Of a stretch of 64,000 nt of DNA, positions 43,830 to 53,376 are shown piece after piece. Position 1 is the stretch's first letter; every line of letters starts with the position of its first letter. A program made the position numbers and the translations under genes. The notes under the pieces are model-generated. The model did no database searches and had not been told where the DNA came from. It was given only the letters and a program-made list of their open reading frames with translations. Source of the stretch: Cyanidioschyzon merolae (taxonomy: Eukaryota); the NCBI GenBank assembly GCA_000091205.1, contig AP006499.2. One strand, written 5' to 3'.

Positions 43830-44125
43830 TACACGACATGAATGCCGCTCACAGCACGTTGAGAGCAAGTGCGTATTTGGGCATCCCTAGCCTGTATATC
43901 AAAGCTCTGTCATACAAAAAAAGGAATGAACGCCGCTCATACCATGTTGAGAGCAAGTGCGCATCCGGGTATCCTTAGTCTGTGTCTCAACGCTCTGTCA
44001 TACAAAAAAAGGAATGAACGCCGCTCATACCATGTTGAGAGCAAGTGCGCATCCGGGTATCCTTAGTCTGTGTCTCAACGCTCTGTCATACAAAAAAGAA
44101 TAGACACCGCTCACAACGTTCCAGT
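43830..44125. repeat. minisatellite, about 88-bp unit x about 3.3 copies
   Basis: 'gaatgaacgccgctcataccatgttgagagcaagtgcgcatccgggtatccttagtctgtgtctcaacgctctgtcatacaaaaaaag' at 43924 and 44012 (period 88). A diverged copy precedes it at about 43840 and a truncated copy follows. Confidence 0.85.
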
Positions 44126-44398
44126 GAGTGCCGCCGTTGTCGGGCGCCGAATGCGAACAACCAGCAACCTGATTGGGATCTCCGCACGCCTGCACCTATG
44201 ACGCTACAATGAGCTGGTGCGTACGAGTGCTCGGGTCAAGCGTCGCTGCTGCTGCTGCTGCTGTTACTAACGCCGCGAAAAAGCAGTTTGCGTAAGCTTT
44301 TGGTACGCTGTGGACCAGCGCTCTGCTGTAGAGGCAGTGCGGTAGGCGTTGCTTCGAGCGGCCAGGGGTGCTGTTCGCCCAGACGATCACTGGTAAAT

Positions 44399-45400
44399 AT
44401 GAGCGGAGACTCGGGTCTCCCAGCGCCAGGTCGTCGAGCAGAGGGGGCACCCATTGGCGATGTAACCGCTCCTCTCCCAAGCGAAGTGAAGCATAGTGAA
44501 GGTCAATTCGATGAGAGTCGACTGGCATCCATCATCGCGCGACTGCAGGACTGGGATCAAAGTCTGAGTCGCCTCCGCCGGTTGTGTGCACTGCTAGAGT
44601 CCGAGGGCGAACAGGCACGTGGCGAGCTGTGGGCGCTCGCTGCCAGCACCGACTCGTTGGCAAACTCAGTTCGAGCGGATCTTGCGCTGCTGTCAACTGA
44701 ACAGGAAAAGAGCTTCATGAGGCCGGGCCAAGCTGGAGCCGTGCTCCGTCTCCACAAAGTTCGGCGAGACGTTGAGCGTCTCTCACGAGCACACGCGAAC
44801 GTCATGGAACTTATTCAAGATTTAGAGAGTGAGGTTTCAGAGTGGGGCATGGATACGCAGCCAGAACTGGAGGTCGTCGACCCACAAATACCAGCTGTAG
44901 CGCGGAGCGAGTACCAGCATCAGACAGTTGTCCCGAGTGGGCGCGCAGCGACGCAAACGACGCCAAAGCGGACCTCCCCAGCGACGTCACCGGACCGGGC
45001 AGAGCCGTACGGAACCTTTGAAACTGACCAGCGGCGCTCTGCTGCACAGACTGTACAAGTCGCAGCGGAATCGGAAGAGGCCCAGCTGCAAGCCCGCTAT
45101 GATGCCCAGTATGCAGTGCACGACATGCAAGAGCGGCAAACGCTCCTTCAACGCATCCAGAACAGCGTGCAGCAGGCGCACGCTATTTTTCTGGAGCTCG
45201 CATCTATGACGGAAGCGCAACAACAGCCTTTAGACGATATCGAAGCGCGGACGCAACGCGTGCGATGCGAACAGGAGAGTACCGCTGAAGAATGGGCACG
45301 ATTTGCCCGTCGACGCCGCACCCGACGTCGGTTTTGCTTCTGGTTCTCCATATGGATGACGCTGGTACTTCTGTTTACCATTTATGTGTTGTTCCACTGA
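44399..45400 (+). CDS. syntaxin-like Qa-SNARE (coiled-coil plus C-terminal TM anchor)
   Basis: SNARE motif AIFLELASMTEAQQQPLDDIEARTQRVRCEQESTAEEW (cf. syntaxin IF.DL..LV.EQGE.LD.IE) followed by basic stretch and TM FCFWFSIWMTLVLLFTIYVLF. Track ORF starts at TTG 44288; first ATG is at 44399. Confidence 0.55.
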   Translation: MSGDSGLPAPGRRAEGAPIGDVTAPLPSEVKHSEGQFDESRLASIIARLQDWDQSLSRLRRLCALLESEGEQARGELWALAASTDSLANSVRADLALLSTEQEKSFMRPGQAGAVLRLHKVRRDVERLSRAHANVMELIQDLESEVSEWGMDTQPELEVVDPQIPAVARSEYQHQTVVPSGRAATQTTPKRTSPATSPDRAEPYGTFETDQRRSAAQTVQVAAESEEAQLQARYDAQYAVHDMQERQTLLQRIQNSVQQAHAIFLELASMTEAQQQPLDDIEARTQRVRCEQESTAEEWARFARRRRTRRRFCFWFSIWMTLVLLFTIYVLFH

Positions 45401-45758
45401 CGCATATGCGCATGCAGCCACTGAAGCAGGCCCTGTTGGGCTCAGATGATCTGAGTCATTCGGAACTGCAATGGCCTCCGAGCGAACGCACCTCCCTGTC
45501 GGACGGCTTTGAGCGGCGCGCATGCGGCAACAGCTGCAAGTGTTCTCGGATGGCATGCTGCTGCTTGTGACGTCTAGCGGCGGGCAGTAGTGCCAGTCTA
45601 GTACTTTTGTGTAGGTCGACGGCTGCCGCAGACTCATGAAGCTGTGTGACCCAAGTCACGATTTGTAACGGATACTGGACAGCGCACTCCAGGCGGCCAC
45701 CGAATCTCCGCAAAGTAGTCAGGACGACGGGACGTACAGTGCTGTGTGGCTGGAAGCG

Positions 45759-46415
45759 TTACGGCAACTGCAGTGCCCGAAGTCGTGCACTCAGATCGGC
45801 TTGCTCCTGTTGCAATCGTTTCCTCTCCTGGGCCTGAGCGAGGTCACGTTGTAAAAGTGGTAAAGTAGGGGCCGTTCCCAGCGCATGACTTAGCTCGAGG
45901 TTGTTCTCCTCTGCCGTTTGTCGAATAAGAAGAGCGACCTCATCCTCCTCGGGTGTCTGACTCGCAACCCCGGCGCTTACACGATCAAGTCCACTATTTA
46001 TGAGAACGTCGCGAACCTGGACGTCGTCCAAGCGATTCTCCAGGAGCTGAAGCGAACTCTCCAAGCGCTCCACGTCAAGCACGCGAATAGCGCTATCCAT
46101 GTCGGAGGCGAGAAGGCCCATTTCAGAGCCAATCTGGCCCAAGTCGCGCGCTGCTTTGAGACGTCCCACGACTGCGTCTAGACGAGCCGCCAGTCGCAGA
46201 TAGGTCGTGCGCTCTCTCGCTTTGCGAACAGCGCTCTCTGCAGAGACCACGCTCATCTCCGCGTTTCCCGACTTGAGCGCTGCCTTGAGCTGCTCCACGT
46301 ACCGCTCTCTCTCGCGTTGGCAACGGTTTGCTTGACGTCGCAAGTGTTTTTCCAAGAGAAGCAGCTTGAAAATATGCTCTTGGTATCTTTTTGAGGACGA
46401 CTGGGCGAGTCCCAT
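45759..46415 (-). CDS. Snf7-family ESCRT-III protein (CHMP-like)
   Basis: 218 aa, ATG start. Basic N-terminal half and acidic C-terminal half. Helical pattern ...LRRQANRCQRERERYVEQLKAALKSGNAEMS..AVRKARERTTYLRLAARLDAVVGRLKAARDLGQIGSEM typical of CHMP/Snf7. MGxxxS N-terminus as in Vps20/CHMP6. Confidence 0.6.
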   Translation of the reverse strand: MGLAQSSSKRYQEHIFKLLLLEKHLRRQANRCQRERERYVEQLKAALKSGNAEMSVVSAESAVRKARERTTYLRLAARLDAVVGRLKAARDLGQIGSEMGLLASDMDSAIRVLDVERLESSLQLLENRLDDVQVRDVLINSGLDRVSAGVASQTPEEDEVALLIRQTAEENNLELSHALGTAPTLPLLQRDLAQAQERKRLQQEQADLSARLRALQLP

Positions 46416-48012
46416 GTTTTAGGAAACAACCAAGAAAAGTTGCAGGAGAAACAAATGAGCGCACACGTGTGCTGTCTCCGAACACCGCTCCGGTACCAGC
46501 CCCATCGTTTGCGAACGGCCGCCTCTGGACAGCAGCGGCAACGGACAGCAGCGGCTAGATGGAGCGCTAAGAATCGGCCTTAACTGAGCGCGTTGATTTT
46601 TTCGATGACAAAACGTTTCACATGGGCCATGGATCTCATATCGCGGGACGGATCATGGTAATCAAAAAACGTGTATCATACTGCCACACGCTACCTCCGA
46701 GTCCCATTACTTATACTTCCCTCGGATATACTGATGGTTTCGTATGTTCTATCGATCGCCGATTACCTGCCGTGAGCACCCGCCGTAGCGCGTATACCAC
46801 CGATACGGATGCTGCACGGAGACAGAACGGCGTTGCGATACCACTGAGGGCGTCGGATCGATGTGTTTTTATAGGACATGGAATCGGAATCCCTTGCCAT
46901 TCTGGGAGCTTGCCGCAGCGGGGAGCGATATACCAGAAGACCACCGCGACCAGGGCGACGCTAAGACGCAGCATACCCACTCCTTGTTCCAGAAGAAACT
47001 GCGTTGTGGACGAGTTGCTCGGGTTTCGCTAAAGCAACAGCCAATGGGGCGATCATGCAACACAGGCCCGATAGACTCGTCCGGCTCGCGGGACCTTCCG
47101 CCCCGGGGGTAAACTATCGGCAATAAAGAAAGCCTTCCCCATTTTAACTGTTATCGCACAGGGGGAAGCAATCGTAATTTCGTTGCCAGTTAACGATTCG
47201 TTTCTGTTCCTTGTTCTATGCGGTGCGGTTGAGCAGCGCACCTGGAGATCTGGCGGTCACGAGATCGCGAAAAATATCGCACCTACCGCTTCAACCTTAG
47301 TCGATACGAGGGTGACCAGGATATTTACACCTACGGGGCCGTGAAGTACCTCACGAATCTGAAGAACCATTTGACGATGAACCTTGAATGTTTCATGATA
47401 CGCGCCGTGTTTGCGCTTTACGCGGGTATCTCTTGCAAGGGGATATGGGCGATTATCAATGGCATCACGAACGGTCGCAGGTATGAAGATGAGGTCGCAT
47501 TCGTGGACATGAGGGTATCAAACGGCAGCACGAATGAAGCTTCTGTGATCCGTGCGGTTATACAAGAGCACCGTGCGGTACTGGGGTTGGCGAATCCAAC
47601 AGACAAGATATCAGCGTTGAAAAAAAGATAAGGAAAGATACTATCGCCTCGTCCTGCGCTATTTTGTGTTTCTGGACCGAGAACTCGAACGCAAGGCACA
47701 GGTGGAGCTAAGTGAGGAAAAAAATGAAGAGTGGGAGAGACGGAAGGCTGCGCTTCTGGGGAAGCGCTTCAACGTGGTTCCAATGTGCAACATCAAGTCA
47801 CATTTTATGACTATCGGCTCCGGTGTCCTCTACGGCATCATGAGGGAGATCAGTCCCGAGTTTGATGTTAGCAGGGAGGAGTTCTCCGGTGAAGTCCGGG
47901 AGACGTACTGGAAAAATATCTTCAATTTCAAACGTCTCAAAATGAGTAAACAAAAGGTATTCACTGGAATGATCGAAACCGATGGGTAGCCATATGTGTA
48001 CACTATCGGCGA

Positions 48013-48486
48013 TTGAAGGCAGATCGTCCAGTTCCGCCCTCAGCTGCGCCCGTGACGAAGGATGCAGAAAACAAAGAGGCGGATTCTGCGACGCAGGAGG
48101 TCGAGGATTACGACCTTGTCGTTGACGCGGGGAAGGATGATGATGAGAAGAATGCGGATCCTGTGATGCAGAAAGTGCAGGATAACGACTTTGTCGTTGG
48201 CGCGGACCCTGGGAATACGAATATCATGAACATTGCAGTACCCAGGCGTGGGGAAGATGGTACTGACGGTAATTTACGTCAGAAAGACATGCGTTTTTTC
48301 AGGTTCTCGAGAGCGAGATACTATCGGGAATCGGGAATCATGAATGCGAGGAAACAATTCGAGATATGGAATGCAGGAGTGAAGGATCACCTGGAAGCGA
48401 TGAGCGAGGTGACTAGCCGAGGAGAGGACTTTAAAGCTTTTCGGAAATTCATAGAAGTTCGCATGGCGCACTGGGATGCGCTATGA
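48013..48486 (+). CDS. Fanzor/TnpB-like nuclease, RuvC-I-containing segment
   Basis: [18 protein letters not shown] matches the G-x-D-x-G RuvC-I motif of TnpB/Fanzor. ORF begins at TTG. Separated from the next segment by a single TGA. Confidence 0.5.
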   Translation: MKADRPVPPSAAPVTKDAENKEADSATQEVEDYDLVVDAGKDDDEKNADPVMQKVQDNDFVVGADPGNTNIMNIAVPRRGEDGTDGNLRQKDMRFFRFSRARYYRESGIMNARKQFEIWNAGVKDHLEAMSEVTSRGEDFKAFRKFIEVRMAHWDAL

Positions 48487-48522
48487 GAGGAGTATACCAA
48501 GCCCCGGTGGGCTCGTCTGCGT

Positions 48523-49116
48523 ATGAATCTGTACTCTGGGAGGCAGCGGGCATTTGCCAACTTTTCCAATGAGTTGAGTGCCCTGAAGGACGACGAGGGT
48601 CAGAGGCTCGTTGTAGCATACGGAGCAGGGCACTGGAAGACCCAAAAAGGGACTACGGCAGCTCCAACAACAAGAACGTACAAAGAGTGTGCGCAGCGTT
48701 TGGTTACAGTATCGATCGTTGAGTTCCGAACGTCCTATACACACCATGAGCTAGGGTGTATACTTCAGAAGGTGGAGATGGAAAAGTGCCAGAGGAGCCC
48801 TGAGGATATGAAAAAGTACGGACCGCTGACGGAGGAGCAAATGGAAAGGAGAGCGAAATTTCGTGGACTACTTGCATTAGTGAGTACAACCACCAACGGC
48901 ACGAAACGTACGGATTTTGTGAACCGAGACTTTAACGCCGCTGTCAATAAAAGGAGATGTGCGGTGCTGGAAAGTAGACCTTCAGAGCTGACAAGAGAGA
49001 ACTTTGTTGGACAATCTCGAAAATATGAACTATACGAGAAAAAATTGGAAGCAGTAGTGGGTGGCCGGTCCAAAAAGACCGGGAGGCGACTGCACCTCGG
49101 GAAGCGTCTTGTCTAG
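48523..49116 (+). CDS. Fanzor/TnpB-like nuclease, RuvC-II / zinc-finger / RuvC-III segment
   Basis: VVAYGAGHWKTQKG (GNW-like), VEFRTS (RuvC-II Glu followed by TS), NRDFNAAVN (RuvC-III). Lys/Arg-rich C-terminus. Confidence 0.55.
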   Translation: MNLYSGRQRAFANFSNELSALKDDEGQRLVVAYGAGHWKTQKGTTAAPTTRTYKECAQRLVTVSIVEFRTSYTHHELGCILQKVEMEKCQRSPEDMKKYGPLTEEQMERRAKFRGLLALVSTTTNGTKRTDFVNRDFNAAVNKRRCAVLESRPSELTRENFVGQSRKYELYEKKLEAVVGGRSKKTGRRLHLGKRLV

Positions 49117-49190
49117 GGCGGGCTTCTCGCCACTACTGTACACCGGGCGCGACTCGTGCGGAACGCTCACTCACTCTCTCTGGAACCTGT

Positions 49191-49454
49191 ATGGTTCATG
49201 CGACCAAAGGGTACCTGGTGCGCTGTGATGTACCGATGAAACAACTGCTGCTTCACTTGGATCGAGAAGAACACTTCATCATCTGTGATCTCGATGAAAA
49301 ACACCTTTTCGTGAAGGAGGACGCGTTGTCGCTGATCCAGCAGAGCGTGGAAGCGCTCTACGATGAAGTATACTATGGGCCCCAAGAGCCCGGACCCCGA
49401 CGGCAGCGGGCAGGCGCTTCTACTGGAACCGGAACGCAAGAGTCGCTAGACTAG
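49191..49454 (+). CDS. TFB5: TFIIH subunit TFB5/p8 (TTDA/GTF2H5)
   Basis: MVHATKGYLVRCDVPMKQLLLHLDREEHFIICDLDEKHLFVKE aligns with human p8 [25 protein letters not shown]...KFIIQDIDDTHVFV. ATG start at 49191. Confidence 0.75.
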   Translation: MVHATKGYLVRCDVPMKQLLLHLDREEHFIICDLDEKHLFVKEDALSLIQQSVEALYDEVYYGPQEPGPRRQRAGASTGTGTQESLD

Positions 49455-49788
49455 AAGCGCGGCCCCTGTTGGACGAACGAGGCTCCTCGGCAGCGAAGCA
49501 CGCGTTGTCGCAACGAGCCGTAAGACTTTTCGTGGGACACCAGTCAGGTGAAGTATGCGCAGCGCCAGTGCCCCCAAACCAGCGCCTAGTTATGAGCCCG
49601 CAGCACTGCATAGCCTGCGAGCATTCAATCAATGGACGCAGGGTCTTAGTTTTGAGCTCGTCTTCCCTGAGCCTTGGAACGGACTAGGGCGCCGACCTGC
49701 GGTCGCCTCGAAGAGACAGCCACCTGGCCAATCGGTAGAGATGGTGGATTCCCCATATACTCGCATACGTTGAACGCAGTTGTAGTCG

Positions 49789-52700
49789 CTAGGACTGCTT
49801 CGAATGGAGCGCAACTGGGTTCATTTTCAGCTGAGCGCCCAACAACTCAGATGTTAGCGCGGTACGCTCTGCCTCATACGGAGACGGGACGGAGACGCGG
49901 AGCAGGCGTAACATGCCGACGACAGCCCAGAGACGACTCCGTAGATTGCGCTTCGAAGACTCGCTCCAGAGAGAAGATTGCCCATAGATTGCCTGTTGAA
50001 TTCGAGCGCTTTCTCGAGTGCATGCGCACAGGTCCATTCGCTGTAAAGCCACTGCTGCATGGCAGAAAACGCGGAATCGCCTCCGAGACTGGGCACAGCG
50101 ATCCTTCAGCTGGACGGAGGTCGCCGCGCTGGTTCCCATCCTACTACTTCCACTGCTGCCACCGTGGGCATCATCTTGCGCATTGGATATCGTGGGTAGT
50201 GCTGCGGTTATCTGTGCAAAACCCGAATCCGCTGGTGCCGCAGCGGACTGCGGTTCGTTGCCCATTGGAGCATCGCCCAGCCGATAGTTGGTGCCGGCTT
50301 GGTAGCGTCTCAAGTTCCGTTGCATGAGCTGGTGGCAAAGTGCTTGCCACAGGCGACCCGGTTGATGAACCCATGAGACTGGGCACAAGCGAGTCAGGAA
50401 ACCTATAGGCAGCTCGAGGCCGGCAATCAGGAGACCTGCACCCCACTGAGCGCCCGACAGATTCACGATGCCGACTGACTGGCCAACCGCAGTGCGACCG
50501 AGCACCTCCACAAGGACAACCTGTATGACAGCGGAACCGAAAACAATGCATAGGAAGAGACGTGCGCGACCGATACCTTCGAAAACATGCCGTTCGGCAA
50601 TGCGTCGACTGTTCAGCTCTGATACAAGTTGCAGGAATACAAATGTGTTAAAGATAAATCCATTTCGCTGTAGCGTCTGACCACCGCAAGGATCCGAAGA
50701 CGTAGAAACCGCGTAACAAGGAATATGGAACAATGGAACCGTCACGAATAACAACGTTATCATCACCGCAAGTTGATACAGCGCGATGCCGAGCATGTTC
50801 CGCACCATGGCGGGCGTTATGAGCGGCGCGTTCCGGCCTTGTGGTGGCTGCTGCATGAGTGCGCTACGTGGTGCCTCTGTGGCCAGGGCGAGCGCTCCAA
50901 ATGAATCCATCACTACATTGACCCATAGAAGGGGCACTGTGGACAGCGGTAGCGTCATGCCGGCACACGCGCTGAACAGGTCGAGCGTCACCGCAACAAT
51001 ATTCACAGTCAGCTGAAACTGTAAAAATTTGCGAATGTTCTCCAACACATTCCGACCCCAGAGTACCGCAGCAACAATAGACCCGAGTCGATCGTCCAAC
51101 AGCACCACATCAGCAGCCTCTTTCGCGAGCTCTGTACCAGACACACCCATTCCGAAGCCTATATCGGCTTCACGCAGGGCAGGCGCGTCGTTGCTTCCGT
51201 CCCCGGTTACCGCCACGACTTGTTCGAGCGCTCGAAAAAGTTGCACCAATTCGAGCTTATCTGCCGGGGTTGCACGTGCGAGCACGCGCATTCGCATCGA
51301 AACATTTTGCTGAACGGCACGAGGTAGTTGGCGAAATGCGGCCGCATCCCATACCAGCTGCACTGGGGAGGATCCCGGCTCTAGCAGCTCTGCCGCCTGT
51401 GCAATCTGCGTCGCCGTTTGCACACTATCTCCAGTGACCATACGAACGAAGACACCGGCCTGTTGCAGTGCCCGCACCGACGCGGCGGTATCGGGTCGTA
51501 GCGGATCGCTCATTCCGAAAATGCCCAGCAGAATCAATTCCGTTTCAGGCGGTTCGTTCACACCCGGGAGGTTCCCTGTCTCTGCCGGTTGCTGTTGGTC
51601 CCAGAACGCAACCAGGAGCATTCTGAGTCCCTGCTCCGCAAAAGCTTCCATCGCACTGCGGTACGCGTTGCGCTTGGACCAACTCATTCGCGTCAATGCT
51701 CCGGTACGGCAATTCATTTCGAGGACACAACGCTCGAGCAGCTGATCGGGGGCTCCTTTCACGTGCAAGCGTTCCAAACGACCGTCTGGTGCGAGCTGCT
51801 CAATGCTGCACATTTGCTTGCGAGTGCTGTTGAAGAGGTAGACACGACGGAGCGAGGAAGCGGCGCGCAGCTCCCGATACGAAATTCCCATGCGATGCAG
51901 CAGCTCCAAGAGCGCACATTCCGTGCGGTTGCCAATGTACTCCACAGTGCCATTCTGTTGATCACGCAAGTCAGCTTGGCTATTGATGGCGATACAACTA
52001 GCTAACAAGCGAAGATAGATGGGTGAAATGGTGCGCCGCTGCAGCAGATCGCTCAGCGAGCCCGCCGGTAGCGCAGCCTCCGTTACTCGGAGCTGATTCC
52101 AAGTCATTGTACCAGTTTTGTCAATGTTGAGCTGCGTTGCAGAGCCCATCGTTTCGCAGGCTTCCAGACGACGCACCAGTATGTTCTCTTTCATCATTTG
52201 ACGCATGGCAAAGGCCAGACTCAGCACGACGGCAAGCGGGAGTCCCTCGGGGATGGCGACAACCGCGATCGCTATCGCGGCAGTGATACTCTCCGTGAGT
52301 TTCATAATAGGCCATGAGCCGCTCCGAATGGAATCTACCAACCAGCGAATAAAGAGCACGCCAAACACGAGGAACGCTAGACCCAGTCCAATGTAACCGA
52401 TGGAGCGGGCGAGACGGTTCAGTCGAACCTGGAGTGGCGTCTGTGGTGGCGTTGGGCGCAGGCTTGTCAACAGCTGGCCCCAGACTGAGTTCATGCCCAC
52501 TGCAACAGTGAGCATGGTACCGAATCCACTCGTAACGATGGTTCCCGATAGCACGAAAATGTCCGCTTCTTCATGTACCGATGGTGGAGCAGGCGATACG
52601 TCGTCGCCATCTGCATGCAGCTGTATAGTAGCAGTCGTCTTAGCAGCATTACTTGCCGCGGCGGCGGCGGCAGCAGCAGCAGGCCTATCGAATGCACCTG

Positions 52701-53376
52701 TCTTGGACACTGGGACACTTTCCCCGGTCAAGGTGGATTCATCACAGGCGAAATCAGTTCCCTGTAAAAGGATCCCATCCGCGGGTACCTTGTCGCCAGC
52801 GGAAAGCTTGATGAGGTCGCCAACGAGAACCCCAGGGGCATCCACAAGACGCACTTCGCCTCCGCGGAGGATTCTTACGGGGAACGCGTCCTTCACCGCA
52901 TTAAGGGACCGGAAGCGGCGCTCTCGCTGCAATGCAATCGTCGCATCAAGGCAGACAACCAGTACAACAACCACGAGGATAGCACACCCATCCAGATATC
53001 CGTAGCGGGTACGTTCTGACGGCAGCGCCAGGCCCAGCACCAAACTGATCAGCGCGGCACCAGTCAGCAACACGAGGGTGACGTCGTTCCAGGCCGCGAA
53101 AACGAGTCGCAGAAAACTCGGTGGAGGTGCGTACTTTAGAAGATTCGCCCCAAAGTACTGCTGGCGAGCCACAACGCTCTCTGGATCGATACCTCGCTGC
53201 AGGTCGACTCGGAGCCGACGGGCGAGCTGCGTAACACCACCAAGCGCCTCCAAGTCGCGCAACGTACGGTGCTTGGTGAGCGGCACAAGCTCGCTCACCG
53301 TAATACGGAAGAATGCTTCGTCTTCTCTCTCGTTGCCGCGTTCAAGGTCAGCGTTGGTGACGTCAAACTGCTCCAT
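49789..53376 (-). CDS. P-type (P2B, PMCA-like) Ca2+-transporting ATPase
   Basis: PEGLPLAVVLSLAFAMRQMMKENILVRRLEACETMGSATQLNIDKTGTMT (cf. PMCA), TGDGSNDAPAL, MVTGDSVQTA. About 10 TM helices. Cation_ATPase_N-like N-terminus. Track ORF begins at TTG 53400; first ATG is at 53376. Poly-Ala insert. Confidence 0.85.
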   Translation of the reverse strand: MEQFDVTNADLERGNEREDEAFFRITVSELVPLTKHRTLRDLEALGGVTQLARRLRVDLQRGIDPESVVARQQYFGANLLKYAPPPSFLRLVFAAWNDVTLVLLTGAALISLVLGLALPSERTRYGYLDGCAILVVVVLVVCLDATIALQRERRFRSLNAVKDAFPVRILRGGEVRLVDAPGVLVGDLIKLSAGDKVPADGILLQGTDFACDESTLTGESVPVSKTGAFDRPAAAAAAAAASNAAKTTATIQLHADGDDVSPAPPSVHEEADIFVLSGTIVTSGFGTMLTVAVGMNSVWGQLLTSLRPTPPQTPLQVRLNRLARSIGYIGLGLAFLVFGVLFIRWLVDSIRSGSWPIMKLTESITAAIAIAVVAIPEGLPLAVVLSLAFAMRQMMKENILVRRLEACETMGSATQLNIDKTGTMTWNQLRVTEAALPAGSLSDLLQRRTISPIYLRLLASCIAINSQADLRDQQNGTVEYIGNRTECALLELLHRMGISYRELRAASSLRRVYLFNSTRKQMCSIEQLAPDGRLERLHVKGAPDQLLERCVLEMNCRTGALTRMSWSKRNAYRSAMEAFAEQGLRMLLVAFWDQQQPAETGNLPGVNEPPETELILLGIFGMSDPLRPDTAASVRALQQAGVFVRMVTGDSVQTATQIAQAAELLEPGSSPVQLVWDAAAFRQLPRAVQQNVSMRMRVLARATPADKLELVQLFRALEQVVAVTGDGSNDAPALREADIGFGMGVSGTELAKEAADVVLLDDRLGSIVAAVLWGRNVLENIRKFLQFQLTVNIVAVTLDLFSACAGMTLPLSTVPLLWVNVVMDSFGALALATEAPRSALMQQPPQGRNAPLITPAMVRNMLGIALYQLAVMITLLFVTVPLFHIPCYAVSTSSDPCGGQTLQRNGFIFNTFVFLQLVSELNSRRIAERHVFEGIGRARLFLCIVFGSAVIQVVLVEVLGRTAVGQSVGIVNLSGAQWGAGLLIAGLELPIGFLTRLCPVSWVHQPGRLWQALCHQLMQRNLRRYQAGTNYRLGDAPMGNEPQSAAAPADSGFAQITAALPTISNAQDDAHGGSSGSSRMGTSAATSVQLKDRCAQSRRRFRVFCHAAVALQRMDLCACTRESARIQQAIYGQSSLWSESSKRNLRSRLWAVVGMLRLLRVSVPSPYEAERTALTSELLGAQLKMNPVALHSKQS
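52656..52682. repeat. (GCG)4(GCA)4 microsatellite inside the ATPase CDS (poly-Ala)
   Basis: gcggcggcggcggcagcagcagca on plus strand. Encodes AAAAAAAA on the minus-strand gene. Confidence 0.85.

Larger units (their letters stand above)
47341..49116 (+). mobile_element. TnpB/Fanzor-like (OMEGA-family, RuvC-fold) transposon-encoded nuclease gene. Coding capacity is split over 3-4 ORFs by one frameshift and one in-frame TGA.
   Basis: Ruv[18 protein letters not shown] (48013..48486 ORF). RuvC-II plus TS-Zn region VSIVEFRTSYTHHELGC...EMEKCQRS and RuvC-III FVNRDFNAAVNKRRCAV (48523..49116 ORF). The TGA at 48484-48486 is the only interruption between the two ORFs (same frame). A frame change separates them from 47666..47989. 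The region is visibly AT-richer than its flanks. Confidence 0.6.
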
